Assembly (NCBI RefSeq): GCF_018350175.1
Contig: NC_058368.1
Coordinates: 181,724,001 to 181,788,000, forward strand
Origin: Felis catus
Lineage: Eukaryota
Direction of reading: 5' to 3'
DNA length: 64,000 nt
Position 1 is the first letter of the stretch, and each line of letters opens with the position of its first letter. Under the pieces are notes generated by a model. The model did no database searches, was not told the DNA's origin, and was given only the letters and a program-made list of their open reading frames with translations. Shown here in pieces: positions 12,350-26,800 of this stretch. A program made the position numbers and the translations under genes.

Positions 12350-14070
12350 CCAAGTCCAATGATACTTTCCAATCCAAATCTTACAGACCCCACTATCATG
12401 CATGATGCCAACTGTAGTGTCCTGTTTCTTGAAACTCTTTTCCACCTCAGTGTACATTACTCTCTCAGAGTCCTGTCTTGTATCACTTTTCAATCTGGTA
12501 TGCCTCAGCTGGAAGTATTGGTGCTTCCCAGACCTCTGCTCTCCTCTTCTTTTAAATATGTGGGCCATTTTGCTCACACTGACACTACCAGAGGGCTCTT
12601 GTCCATATTTCTCCTTTGAGCTTCAGGCCTTCATGTCTAACCATACACGACATCCCTATTAAAGGCATCTCAAAATCACGTGGCCAAAACTGGGCTTCTA
12701 ACTTTTTCCTACAAAACTTGTTTCTGCCCGGAGTAAAACTGCTCACCACCTACATATGCTCACCACCAACCTGAAAGCACTGTAAGATTTCCCTCTCCCT
12801 TCCTTCCTACCTCCAGCGAAGTCATATTGATTCCTCTTCCTAAATATGTCACAGATCCCTTGCCTTCTCTCCATTCTGAGTTCTATTACTTCAATCAATG
12901 CACTCAGCATTGCTCACCTGAATCACCACAGTGGCCTCCCACCTCAGACTCCCTGACTCTAAGCTTCAACCCCCTAATCTGTTCTTACTCCTAACACCAG
13001 TCTGTCTTTGGGGGACCCCCATTATTTTCAGGTGTGGTTTTGGCATCTGTCCCCCAAAAGATGTTCTTTTTATGTAAATAGGGCAGCCATTTACTCAATG
13101 CCCAAACCAGAATCCTACATGTCATCCTTGGTTCTCACCATTTCCTTTCTTTTTGCACCCAATTCAACAGCAAAAGTTGTCCACTCCACCTTGGAAATAC
13201 ACCCCATACCTGTCTGTATCTTACTCCAGACACCACTTTCACCTACATTAATCATTGCTTGGCTGGAAAACTGAGTTTCAGAACAAAGTTAGAGATGTGC
13301 TGAGTATATCCCCATCGTGTCCATTTAAATGTATTCCTCTTTCCTTCTCTTTCCTATAAACCAATTACTGGAACTACACGTTTAACTATTCTCAATTCAG
13401 ATGTACTGAACCATAATTTAGGTACAGTAACACTCAGGAAGGGTGATTTTTCTTTAAAAAATATATGAATATGATCACAGCACTCCTTTGCTTAAATTCA
13501 TCCAATAAATTCTTATTTCAGAGAGAATAAAATCTGAAGATTCCTCACCATGGCTACAGAATCCTTCACAGTCTAGTCACTGACCATCTTTCTGATCTCA
13601 CCATGAAGCACTCTCTTCCTCCTTAACCTTGTTGTAACCACATCTGGTCTCTTCTTCATCTTGCCAACGCTCCCCTTTCATTTCTACCTCAGGGCCTTGG
13701 CATTTACTGTTCCTTTTACCTGAAAGTATCCCACACTTATTCAAGTGCCTGATTCCTTCTTGCTAGTGAAGTCTCAGCTCAAATACCATGCCTTCAGAGA
13801 AGCCCACTCTGTCCACCTTTTCTACATTAACTGGTTCATGTGGCACATACATGTATGTTTATGTACATAAATAGCACTCCCTCTTGTCTTCCAAGTCATT
13901 ATCATTTTCTAAAATTATTTTGACCTTTATTTGTTTACTTATTTTTTTTCTATCTTATCCCAATAGACCATAGAATACATGTGTATTTACCACCCTGGTG
14001 CTGAAATATGTGCCTGGTACTTAACATAATCTCAATAAGTGTTTGGCGAACAAATCAATGATTCATGAAT
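12350..14070 (+). mobile_element. L2 LINE, long degraded fragment(s)
   Basis: C/T-rich L2-like body ('ctcaaaatcacgtggccaaaactgggctt', 'cctcagggccttggcatttactgttcc') ending in 'ctcaataagtgtttggcgaacaaatcaatga'. Confidence 0.65.
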
Positions 14071-14281
14071 TATCTGACTCCTACATTTTCTAGCACTCTC
14101 CTTCACTAATGCTGTAATTCAGATCAAGTGAATTAAGACATCTGTTATCCCCAAATCCATCACTTTCTCTCTGGGCTCCACATCTTGCTATGTGATTTCT
14201 GGTGTGCCTTCTTTTGTCTTGATTTTTCTGCCTTGCTCACTCAGACTCATTCATTGTGTTTTAGTTAAAAACAAAAAGCCA

Positions 14282-14469
14282 GGGACACCTGGATTGTTGG
14301 TTGAGCATCCAACTCTTGACTTCAGGTCATTATCTCAGGGCCATGAGATTGAGCCCTACATACGACTCTGTGCTGACTGTGGATCCTGTTTAAGATTCCG
14401 TCTCTCTTTCTCCCTCTGCCCCTCCCCCACTGCTCTCCTGCTCTCTCTTTCTCTTAAAAAAAAAAAAAA
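14282..14469 (+). mobile_element. CAN-SINE (older, diverged)
   Basis: Diverged head, CT linker, A tail. Confidence 0.9.
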
Positions 14470-14539
14470 GCTTATTCATTGATGGCACATCCTGTATATA
14501 TAAAATATGGTGTTTGAACTTCAGGGAGAGCCCTGCAGA

Positions 14540-14745
14540 ATAGTGATCTAGAGTAAGGTTCTGGAATAACATGGCCTAGAGTCTAATCTCTACTCCATCA
14601 CTGAAGTATTCAGGTGGATTCCATAAAATCTTTTTGCCTCAATTTCTTTCTTTTACAAAGAATGGGACTCTTTTGAGGATTACATTATATATATATAAAG
14701 TGCTTAGAACATCTGATCAATAAATAGCATCTGTTTTTATTCTTA
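14540..14745 (+). mobile_element. MIR SINE fragment
   Basis: 'gagtctaatctctactccatcact...tgcctcaatttc...tgaggatta...aaagtgcttagaaca' core motifs. Confidence 0.6.
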
Positions 14746-14847
14746 AATAGCTATTATGTACTTTATTTAACATTTCACACTAAAATAATTTATTTTGTGT
14801 CTGCTTATTACTACTGGCAGGTCTTCGACGGCATGTTGAAACAGACT

Positions 14848-14952
14848 TCTCTCTCTTTCCCTCCCTTCCTTTCCATCTTTCACTCTTCCTTCCTTCCATC
14901 CTTCCTTCCTCCCTCCTTCCTTCCCTTCCTTTTTTTTTTTCTTTCTTTCTTC
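14848..14952. repeat. polypyrimidine (CCTT)n-like tract
   Basis: Direct reading. Confidence 0.85.
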
Positions 14953-15469
14953 TGATCCTGGGGCTAGGCACAAGTCCTGACACATCATAATAGTACTCTA
15001 TGCATACTTCTTAAATGACAGTAAGTTCATCTGGTGTAGAGGTGAGGTCCAAATGCATGTGAATAAAAACCAGTAATACATGCCCCCGGTAATTGTACAG
15101 GTAAAAAACAAAGCAGCCAGGAATAACTGCTGTGTGGGTGTGTAAAGATGGGGATCAAACCAGCTTGAAAAGGATCATCAACACGAAAGAACAGAAAGTT
15201 CAAATTCTGGGGTAAAGCCCTGTCCTTCGAACACATCTCTTCCTCATCTCACAGGGAAATATTGTCTATTCTGTTCTAAAACCGGGAGCTAACATTAGGA
15301 ATAGCATCATTTTATTCAGGCACAAAATCTTCCTTTGGCTCACATATTCAATCACCTATCAACTCAAAAATCCCAAAGCAGGTCAAACCCAATAATATAT
15401 ATGAACCCATAAAAAAAGAGCGCCAGTTTTGTTGCACTGCCTTTAGAAGCCCTGCCAACCAACATTAGA

Positions 15470-15788
15470 TAAGGGCCAGCAAACTTTTTCTGTGAAGGGA
15501 CACATAGTACATAGTTAGGCCTGTGGGCCATACTAATCAACACTACTGTTATAGTACAAAAGCAGTCATCAAAAGCATGCAGTCGAATGGGCATGGCTGT
15601 GTCCTAATAAAACTTTATCTACGGACATAGACATTTTAATTTTATATCATTTTAAGTACCCTTAAAATTATTCTCCTTTTCATTTTTTTCAACCTCTTGA
15701 CAATATAAAAACAATTCTTGGCTTATGGGTATATAAAAGCAGGGACTTGGTCAAAATTAACCCATAGTTTATAGTTTGCTGACCCCTA
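15470..15788. mobile_element. hAT-Charlie MITE (MER58-like)
   Basis: Terminal inverted repeats taagggccagcaaact / agtttgctgaccccta (14/16 match); internal 'gggcatggctgtgtcctaataaaactttat'. Confidence 0.85.
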
Positions 15789-17056
15789 TGTTATAGTGAT
15801 TACATTAGCTCTTTTCTTAACTTCAAGCAAAACATGATGTAACTGGCTTTTCTTCATAAACTGGAAGTAGTAATGGTGCATCTTCTCATGCCAGAAAAGA
15901 TGACTACTTTTGTAACTCCTATATAGTAACCCCATAGCATGTTTTAATTAACAGGAAGGATAAAAAGAAAAAAAAAAGATTTAAAATACCTTCATATTAA
16001 TCATTTGATGGACAGCTAATTCAGGATGCTATTAACCCTAATTGTGCCACAAACTTATTGTTCGATACGTTAATATGCCCTTCATTCTTATTTGTGTCAA
16101 TTTCTGTACTGATAAAAGGAAGTATAATGATAAAACATTATTATATATCCATGAGACCAAGATAACTCATTCAGCCAGTCATTGTTAAACAGAAAAAAAA
16201 AATCACATAGTACATTCTTCCCATATTTTCAAAGGAAAAGAAATCGACATTGCTTTGTTGCTTTTACTCAACAGATATTTATCGAGAACATACTATGTGT
16301 AAAGCGATGTGAAATACAGAAACCTCTCTGGCATGTGTACAAGAATGATTCAGCTTTTTGTGCATTCACATGTAAGTGTCTGAAACGGTTAAATGAAAAA
16401 TGTCATCATTCTTTTGCTAAACCTCAGAAGAAATGCAAGCACTTTCACTCAAGGATCAATATGACCCAGGGCCTGCGAGACCCCAGGTTCTCCAGAGAGT
16501 GCTACAGATTGACAGGATCGTCTCTTAGTGCTTGATTTGACATGAGATACAGTGAAAGACACGTAAACCCCGAGGTGAAGAGCCTCATCTCAGACAGTTC
16601 CATATTGGCCAGACAGGCATGGGGGCTCAAGAAGGCAGCCTACTTCTCCCATAAGTCACTTGTGAATTACTCTCTCTAAATTGGCTCCACAGCTGTGATT
16701 TCCAGTGCCTAGAGTACCCTCCAAATAGCTGGTTATAGGGACAAAATAAAAGCCTGCTTTTTCCTCAAACACACACCTTTTGGCAATCTGCCATCCCAAC
16801 TCATGAAGGACATGCAGATCTGAAAAGGGACACTTCTGAAAATGGTAGATCAAAAGTTTGGCAGAGGGCTGCTGTCAGGGACTCAAACACATAGCTTATT
16901 TCAGTTTTGGAGACCTACAGAGTAGATCTAGGAGTGAAACTTGGCTCAAAGGGAGCCTCAATTCCTCAGACCCAAACATGTGACAATGAGGGAAACTGTA
17001 CCAAACTCTTGTTTCTTTTCAAAGGAAATGAGAAAAGTTTAAAAAAGGAAACCAGA

Positions 17057-17264
17057 GGGGTATCTAGGTGGTTCAGTTGATTTAGCATCCAACTATTGAT
17101 CTTAGTTCAGGGCATGATCTAACAGTTCATGAGATCTAGCCCCTCCTAGGGTTCTGGGCTGACAGGGCAGAGCCTGCATGGGCTTCTCTGTCTCCCTCTC
17201 TCTCTGTCCCTCCCCTGCTCCTGCGTGCTCTCTCTCAAAATAAATAAATAAACATTAAAAAAAA
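17057..17264 (+). mobile_element. CAN-SINE
   Basis: Diverged head, CT linker, (TAAA)n/A tail. Confidence 0.92.
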
Positions 17265-20200
17265 GTAAAATAGAAGAAAAGCTAAAACCACTACCTACAG
17301 TATTAACCCTTTCTGGGAATCTGTAGGAAACTCACAATCTGGCTAGAGCCATGAGTTACAAAAACTGAGTTTCCCTGTCTTTCAGACAGTAGATATTCTG
17401 CTTTGATCTAACCAGCTGCTTGTGGTGGAGAGTTAAGAGATCTGAAGGTGACTGACCGATGTACATGAAAGCTGGTATTTCAAGGTACACCAGCAACCTG
17501 GGCTTAATGTATCACCTCTGTGTAGGTAAGTTATTTGTACACACACACATACACACACACATCATATCACATCACATACGTACTGAAAGAGGTACAAAGG
17601 AAGGAGGAGAATAGTGAGGAAAAGATTATCTTTCACAAACATACCTTTTATACATAAATACACACAGATACAGAAACAGTGAACAGAGAACCAACTTATC
17701 TCTCATGGAAAAGTGATTCAAGTCTTTTCAATCCTTCGAAAGCATGCTTTCTTTGAGCCTGGATTATGAGATAATTCCTGCATTACTATTTTCCACAGGT
17801 ATCCTTCTGAAACTGTGTCAGCCATTTAATCTGCAGGTTAAATTAGACGCCTTTATCACCTGGCATAACTTTCAAACCCTGCAACTGTCTTACAGCCCTT
17901 CTGGTTTCATGGAAAGTTCACCAGGTTGACATTTAGTTACATGACTGAATTCTAAATAGGGATTAATAAAATGATTAATTTACTCTTCTCTTCTCCTCTC
18001 TCTCTCTCTCTGGTTTCCCCCATGAGTCATGGTTGGCCATCTACAAGAACACAATATCTAACTGAGGAAAACTGTCTTCCAACCGCAGCATCTGTCTCCC
18101 TGGCAAGCTCTGCTGACAGTTGGGCCCTGGCTGTGGAACTGTTCAAGAATCTTTTTCGGGCTGAGCTATTAGTGGGCTCTCATCCTCCTAGGTGCGGCTT
18201 CCTACTGATTCCACTCAATTTGAAAGATGGATTTGTATATATTTATCCTTCTGAGAATCTGCTATTGTGCAAATACCTCAAATTGAGACCCCCCATGGGA
18301 GGCCATGAATGACACAGGAGCACTTGCGTTCCTTTTCCTGCAAAACATCTATAAAATAGTTCGGTGGTTCCCAAGGGTCTGCTTCTGGGTATTATATAAG
18401 CAGCTTCTCCTTCAGAAAAGGGAAAGGGATGCTTCAAGACACAGAAATAAAAATGCTCACATTTCTCTAAGGGAATTTCAAAATAGCAAGTTGCTTAAAT
18501 ACCAAGGAAAGCACCTGGTTTCTCTCCAAGCCTAAAGATAGCCTTTGATAGTTTAAGAAATGGAAGCAGGGGTGGGGGAAAGGAGAGGCGAGTGAGGAGG
18601 TCATGAACAGCACCGGAGAGATTGTAGAACACACAGATCATCTGGCAGTGCGCATCTGAGTAAGTTCTGTCATTTTTGCAATTCTATAAAAAGCACTTAG
18701 TTAAGAAGTTTAGTGTTTTGTTTTTTGAAAAGTGGTTAAGGTGGAGGCATATTTTGTGGACACGATATTCCAGTAACAGCACATCTGTCTTGTTCTAATT
18801 CAGAGCCTAAAATACTGCTGTCAGGCTCTCCCTTTCTTTCTTAAAAATTTCTTCCCAAATCTACTTTATCTACTTTTTTTTTTTCAAATAATTACTCAAC
18901 CCTGAGACCCCCTGGAGGCTTCTGATTTTTAAAAGAATTAGAAAAGGTCTCCAGTTATTATTAGATTCCATTTTAGAGAAGAAAGCAGAAAGTGAGCAAG
19001 ATAGGCACGCCTTTATGTTGCCTGAGTTACTTTTGAAATTTGCTTCATTCAAAGGCCAGGATAGCATGGAGCACCTTCAAACTATAAAGTAAGAATTCCA
19101 CTGGACCAATTATTTGTAACCTCTCACTGGAAGTAAAAATGATTTAACCCCCCCCCCCAAGACCTAAAGGCCTTTAAGAGAATCCAAGAAGCTTCATACA
19201 TTTAATATTTTCTAAGAATAAATATGGAGAAAAAGATTAAGCCTTCACATATCCAACTTACGTAAGTCTGACAACAAGAAAAAAATACACAGTGGAAAGG
19301 ATTCATCTCAAACAAAACTCAGAAAAGAGGTTTTTGCAGAGTAGTAGTCCACTGGCTAGATCTCTTTTGTTTATAATATGACGTAAAATTTGGACCTATC
19401 ATATATTCTTTCTTATGGTCCCCCTTGTGAATTGAGGTTGTTAAAGTAACATTGTAATTATCTTTTATCTATAGCATGATTTATTTATAATATGAAACTC
19501 CCTTTTACATTTTTAGATTCTTAATACGTGAAGGCTCTCCTCAACAGTCAGAAAAAAAACTAACATTGAAATATGAAACAAATATTTATTTCACCATCCA
19601 TTTTTTTTCCGGAAAATTACGAATGGGACTCCCATAAAAACACTGCTACACATCTCGTTTTAAACATTTAAAAATGTTTTTCAGTTTTAAAGGTCATATT
19701 TAGAACTGAACCAACTATGAATATGAATAAGTTGTAAGCCCTGCCTAACGCGGGTGTCTTTTCAAGTAAAAGACAAGACTTACTAATAGTCCCATTTGTT
19801 GTCCATTAAAAATCTACTCATTGTGTTCACAGCAATCCACACGCCACTCTGCGAGCCTGCTTGGACAAAGCCTTTGCTTTGTGTGTATCAGATGCAAAAT
19901 TTACTTAAATTCCAGATAATTGCACGTACATCTGCTAGGCTTTGTCACTGGTCTATATGAACATTTCCACAGTGTATACAAAGAGCAATTATCTAACAAC
20001 TAAAGAAAAAGAAACAGTCATTTCCCCAAATTACAGCCAGCTCCTTTATCAAGGAGTAAGTTTGCTAAAAGAATGCTACCCCAAAACACTTTTTTAAAAT
20101 AAAATGTATTCACTCACACCACATACATTAACTACACAGAACAAAAAAGGGAGCTTTTCAACTGTCAAATTACTAGGTCTGAAACAAGGATAACTGCAAT

Positions 20201-22052
20201 TTCAATAAAATCATCTCACAGAACACTGAAGTTCCCCTCTGGAGAAGAGATTAAAAAAAAACAAAACAAAACAAAAAAAAAAACCCAAAAACAAAAAACC
20301 CTCACACCCAATTTAAATCAATTTGATGCAATGGTATAAGTTCCTATTGTGTATTCATAACAAAATATTTCAATAATAGTCACTTACCCTGTTTATCATC
20401 TCAGTTCACTAATTTGAGACAGAAGAGCCAGAATCAAGATCACGAAGGAAAGTCAAAACAAGGAATATTAAAAAAACAAAAAACCAAACAAAAACAAAAA
20501 AAAACCTTGAGACAAAAATCTTAATTAACAAGTTTTCACTTCAATCCTTAGTTGATTGCAAACAGCCCTAAGGCTCTCCAGTGGGGCTATTTGGTCAATG
20601 TTTCTCCTCTTTCACTGTCCCCACTCCACCCACCCACCCCCGCCCCCCACCACTTTTCCCTCTCTTTTGTTTTTTTTCTTTTTTTTAACTTGGTGAACAA
20701 TCCTATTTTAAACTGTCACACTCAACATGGCCAACCTTCCTTCAAAGCCCAATCCAATTTTCAGACCTTAACACCTCATGCCAACTAAACAACATCAACG
20801 GTATTCCACTTCCATGGCCTAATAGGGTAAATCTGTTCTTTTAACAAATTCTCAAACTATCTGCAATGATCACAGTGGTATCATTAGAATAGAGAAAAAA
20901 CTATGTAATACAAAGACTAAAAAATTTTGTGACGTTTGACCTGTTTGAAATCTATCAATTCAGTGGCCATTTATTTCTTGCTTCACTTTCATTTAAATAT
21001 CTTCATTATCATTTTGTAAAATGCATTATAGTACCAGCCAAAGCTATTAGAAAAAAAAAAATCAGCCTATTCCCCAAACTGGAGAACCATCATTATCATT
21101 AATATTTCATGGAACTGCATTAAATGAGACAATATTCAATATTTAACTATCTAATCCTATAGTAATTTATATTAGAAAATACCAACCATGTGAGAATTCA
21201 GCCAGTTGGATTATTTTATTGGATGAACCTTTGTCATTATTAATAACACTTCAGTATCTCATATTTTTTCAGCACAGAATGTAACATCCAAGGGCTAAAA
21301 GTGATTTTGTTTCTAATTAATTCTCAAAATCCTTGGGAGACAGTGATGGGAGGATAAATATTAATTTGGAATTGAAGAATAAAAGACTGAGCCTTTAGAT
21401 GCCAAAGTTTTACTAGAGATGTGGATTACTTGCCTGGGTTATATATGTCACTAGGTTTACTAATAATTTAGTGAGGAAGACCTATTTAAGCCTTGGAAAG
21501 TCTAAATTATGTGGGGGGGGGGGGGAGGATGCAGTTTTGCTTCTTTCAAGTACCACAATATTACCAATTTATAAGTAGAAAGTTGGTCTGATCTATTCTC
21601 CAGAATTCCTATTAATTTGCTTACAAGCAATCACACAGACATCCAGATGTTCTCCACATGTACTTCAAGCAAATCCCATTTACCTATTTCTCAGACCATT
21701 TGTCAACTTTACATATTTATACATAGGCAAACTTCAGCTCATTTGAGGTAAATTATCTTTAACTTCATCAGGAGCAGAATTCAAATGGATAACTGTTTAA
21801 TATGAGGCTTGGTGATAAAGCTCTACGTAACAAGCATTTGAAATTGGTGTGTGCCAAAATCTAAGGAGTTATGCTTAATACTAAACAGAAATGTCCACCA
21901 ATTGATTTTAAGCAAGAGAGAAGTTCTCACTGCTAGTCGTCTTTCAAGTTTATACACCAAGCCACTTGTCATCCCTCCCTTAAAACCCTAAAGTCACTCA
22001 TAGGATAATGGTAAATATTTGCTGGAGGCTCTTCATTTATCTGTTTTGTTGA

Positions 22053-22070
22053 CATCTCCCCCTCCTGGTT
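22053..22070 (-). promoter_or_regulatory. possible CTCF motif
   Basis: Minus strand AACCAGGAGGGGGAGATG versus core CCASYAGRKGGCRS; several mismatches. Confidence 0.3.
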
Positions 22071-22099
22071 GGTTATTGATTGATTGATTGATTGATTGT

Positions 22100-22560
22100 T
22101 TTTATTTTGAGGAAATTCCACTTATATCTTGCTGGAAATCGAAATCTTCTTATCTCATTATAGAACATGAAAGGGTCAGAGTATGGATTTCCCAGACTTC
22201 CTAGTTACAGGGGTATGAAGAGTTTATCAAGATGCAGCCAAGTGAAGGGATGCACCAGCCCAGAACTTTGAAACAAGAGCCAGGGACTCCCAAAAGAAAG
22301 GACAGGGGTTCCTTCCAGGCCTGGTATCAACAGCCATATCCACGGCAGTAGTGCTGGTTGATACTAATGGCAGTGGCAGAGCCCAGTGTCAGGGATGTGG
22401 AGGGCTCCAGCTGGGTACCCAGTATGCAGTGGCAGAAGAAGTGCCAGGTTCCACATCTTTCCTGGTGATTCCATAATTCCCAATATCCTAAAGTTCCTTT
22501 TCTGTTTACATTAACCAGAATTAGTCTGTGTAAATTACAAGCAAGAATATAACTTGATCC
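22100..22560 (+). mobile_element. ERVL solo LTR (LTR33-like)
   Basis: 'ttcccagacttcctagttacaggg...gcaccagcccagaactttgaa' and 3' end 'aaagttccttttctgtttacattaaccagaattagt...caagcaaga' resemble the recalled LTR33/LTR16 consensus. Confidence 0.55.
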
Positions 22561-23790
22561 CACAATCAAAAATAATAATTCCAATTGTGCTCTTATTCTG
22601 TGTTGGTTAATTTTATAAACTGCTGAAAAATAAATTAAGAGCTCCTGCAATATTGTGAGTTGTAAAGAACATTCGTTTTCACAGAGACTAGGAAGCCTCC
22701 CATCCAGAAGGACCCCAGCAGCAAATGGTAAGTGATCTCATAAATCCTTGGAAATTCATGTACCCAACAGGAAGAGTCAACAATCAAAGTTTAAATGAGG
22801 AATACATCAGTGAAGACCCTTCCTATTTTTCTCAGCCATGGCTTCTGTGATTCAGATCAACAAGGAACAGAAGATGGAAAAGAAATTTTGATGTATCTAT
22901 GATTTGCTGGAAATGAGATATGCACATCCTGAAAATCACAGGAAAAATGAGCATTAATCAAGAGACTGACCAGTGATATCAAAAGTCAGAGCTGACTGCC
23001 TGAAGTCTGGAAGCTATTACCTAGGGCTGTGGAAAGGGTCAGTGTCTCTATGTACTCCTCCGATGCCTTCTACTTTCAGAGCTATTCACCTGGTACTTTT
23101 CAAGACTATTACCCTTCCCACAAATGACTGATAAAAGATGAATCTAAGAGAGTGAACAAGTTTTGAAAATTAACTCTCTGAACCTCCATATTCACTATGC
23201 TTTCAAGTTCAACAGGGAAAATATTCCGTTAGAGAGCATTTTTCATCTATGGTATTTTGGGAACACTTGAAAATTTTCTTTCCGTCCCAATTCCTATAAT
23301 CTTCCAAAAGTCACTCATAAAAGAAAGGTAAATGATAAATTGATTCATTGGTCATGAAGAATATAAGTTGACGGCTGTGGGGTATGGAGTCATTCAGGCA
23401 TTCACTGACTGAATTTACACAGGTAACAGGCACATCCTAAAAATGACAAGCATCAAGATTTGTCCTTACTCTCAAACCTAGATGTTAACCATGATCTGAT
23501 TCCTCGTGGCAAAGATCCATATTTTAATACTTGTCCTTCGTTTTTACTCTTTATTTAGATATGTCTGTTATTAGATATCCAAATAAAAATAAAAATAAAA
23601 ACAAAAACAAAAAATGAAAGAAAGAAAAGAAAGCTCAGAAGTTATGTCTCTAACCTCACCTGAAGCTATGCTTTCCTCAAAGTAAATACATTTGGAGTTC
23701 GAGGGCAATGCTAGTCAAAACAAAACAAAACAAAACAAACAAAAGAAAAGGCAAGAAAAAAACCAACTTCTGTAATTAAAATGTTACTTT

Positions 23791-23822
23791 ACACACACAC
23801 ACACACACACACATGCACACAC
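23791..23822. repeat. (AC)n microsatellite
   Basis: Direct reading. Confidence 0.9.
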
Positions 23823-26800
23823 GCATCACGGTACTTTTGCCTATATAATGTAAGCTTCTAGACCAGAGATCAGTCATATACACACACAATACCTAAACTG
23901 TGTACGACTCTGCATACACCCCATGGGGGATTAATAAACACTTATGAATTAACTGACAAGAGAAAAACCAAGAAATGACAACCTTCAGGGTAGCCGTAAC
24001 ACAATTTTAACTTGAAAATTGCCCAGGAATAGACTTCACAATCTATGGGAACATACACAAATCATATAAAAAGAAGTGCGGCCCCTCATATACCTAGAGT
24101 GGCCTTAGGGAATAGCTTAGTGAAAAATCACTGTTGCAGAAAGTGGAGTTCAGTCTCTCTAGCTACTGTTTGGCTTCTGCAGTGAATCCAGGTGAGAGAA
24201 ACTTTTATTCTGTAATAAATCTATTACAGAATAACTTTTAAAACATAGATTAGAATAGATGCAAAATGTAGCTCACCTCTAAAATTTTCTTGCTATGTCA
24301 ACAGGTATAAAACTCCCTCTCCCTCTCAATTCTCAAGACTCAACGTGCCATTTTAATTTCTCTGCATTCAAATGTGAGAAAAGCATCATCTACAATGCTT
24401 AAATAGTTTCTTCAACAGAAGCAGCCCCAAATAAATGTTAATTAACAATAAATAATAATTTACTCATTGTCTTCTTTAAATGATACATTAATGGCGTGCT
24501 GTAATTCTTAAAACACAATTCATTCAGTATCGCCTTGCAGACAATCTCCAAATGCCGCAAGTTCAAAAGTGGCTTATTTTCTTCCTTTTAAGTTTGTATA
24601 CACATTCTACCTTGGGGGTGTGGATAGGACAGATTTATAAAAATTCAGAGGTCTGAAATTGAAGAATTACAGAAATAAGATGATGCTTCTGTTAACAATT
24701 AGGCTTGCCACATTTACTTGAAATAATGGCTATTGCAGTTGCTATCTATTTTAAAAAGCTACTTCCACAATGATAAATTTCCAAAAATGTATTATGAGAG
24801 CAAGTGGGGAAAAAATAAGACATAAGCTGTGAAGATCGATCCTCTTAAAAGTAGACGGGGGTTAAAAAAAAAAAAAAGAGACGAAAACCAGATTGGATTG
24901 AGGTAAGGAATTCTTTTAAACAAAAACACAAGAGATAAAGATAAAAGTCTGTGTATGTTTTTACCATCAAAGACCAAACACAAAATCTATTTTAATTCAC
25001 TGCCTTAGGAGTGCTGTCTTAGCATTCCCTCGGTAGAGTAGCATGTACTGGTCAATAACTTTGCAAACACCACCCTGCCTATCACCTTATCCGATCCCAG
25101 ACCACCATACTTCCTCAGATTCCCACGCTCCGTCACACAGCCAACGCGTGGGCTTGGTCATCTGCCTTGTCGAATCATTCAAGCCAGATTTCCAACACAC
25201 ACCTTGGAACATCTAAATCATTATTTGTTTCAAAGTGTTACAGAACTCCTTACTTTTCTTTCTAACATTATCATCAAGTGGTTTGGAAAAAGTCTGCTAG
25301 TGATAACTCCCAATGTTTTACAGATTTTCCTACGTCAAGCCAAATACATTTGGGGGTGACTCTTCTCAGTTTTAGTTCCCTACATTGAAGCAATGAGAAA
25401 GGATAGTTTTTTATGCTGTTGTTGTTTTTTGGGTTTTTTTTTTCCTTGTTTTGTTGGCAGTCTCCTCTGGACTGTGGAAGTGATGATTGATCATTTTTCC
25501 ACACTCATCCACAGCCCTCTCTGTGGCCACATGTAAATTCGCCAATGGATAATTAAGCAACAGACACATCCAATAAATATAATAAATAAATTTGATTTTT
25601 CCCCCCTTAGTAATTGGTTTCATCTGACTGAGTCTGATTATGTGTGGGGATATATAAACAGGATTAGAGAGGAGAAAAATTAGATGCTGGGTCACACAAA
25701 TTGCAGAGTCCTAACCACTGTGAAATGTTTTTGTAATAATTACATTATTATTCCTAGGGTTAAAATATAGAGAAGCAGTTTGTGTCTTCTCAAGAAGTTA
25801 GGTCAGGCTAAAAATAAAACTGATGGCATGATTATTACCATGAGGAAATAGTAGCCACCTACAGAATACATTTCCCTCTGGTCTGCATTCCCTTCCCACC
25901 ACATTGCCCTTCCCCACACTTCCATCAAATCCATGCAGGTAGTGCTAAACTTGAACTCGCATCTCCAATTTCAGGCGTCATACCACACCAAACTACATGA
26001 GTGAAAATGAGCTGGGCATAGTAGATGGTGGAGAATGAGCAGATGTTTGTATACAATTATTGCCTGAACAAATCCTAAGGCAAAATTAAATTAAGTCACC
26101 TTTCTGATATATTCTTGAGTGATACAAAGAACAAAGTTTTATCTTGTAGTTTAAAATAAGCACGCTCCCCTATATCCATTTACTTTCTTAGACATACTTT
26201 TGGCATCAAATTACTCTTACCATAAGATTTAGCTCTTATATGAGCACAGTACCTGACCTGTCTTAGGAATCCAAAAATGGTTTATTGAAAGAAAAAAAAA
26301 AAAAGACTGAAAGACTGAAATACTTTCCTGCAGCTTTAATTTGCCCATGTTCTTTGTAAGTAATATCTACTGAAATGTGTAGTATATAACCATATACTCT
26401 TACATTTGAAATGGTTCAGAAAAATTATCACAGCTAAGATCACAAAGTCTGTTGCAATGAGTTCTCCAATAATAACTATGATTTTAGCTATGTAGATGTC
26501 TACTATTTAGCCATATGCACGGACATAACTATCTTCTCTAATAGTTCAGTTTCATTCTTAGAAATCATCTAAGAACCCAACTTGACTATTTCTAACATTC
26601 AAAATGCAATTTTCAAGTGGCACTTTAAAAAAAATGTGTCACAAATATAGCAAGCAGCTTATACAAATTTGTGAAATGGTTATTTTACATTGTGGGATTT
26701 TTTTTAACCTTTGCCAAAATCATTTCTACTTAATGATATATTTCTTTTCTCCACAGATACCCTTATTCCTGTAATTAAAGTAGGAGAAATGTCAAAACAC

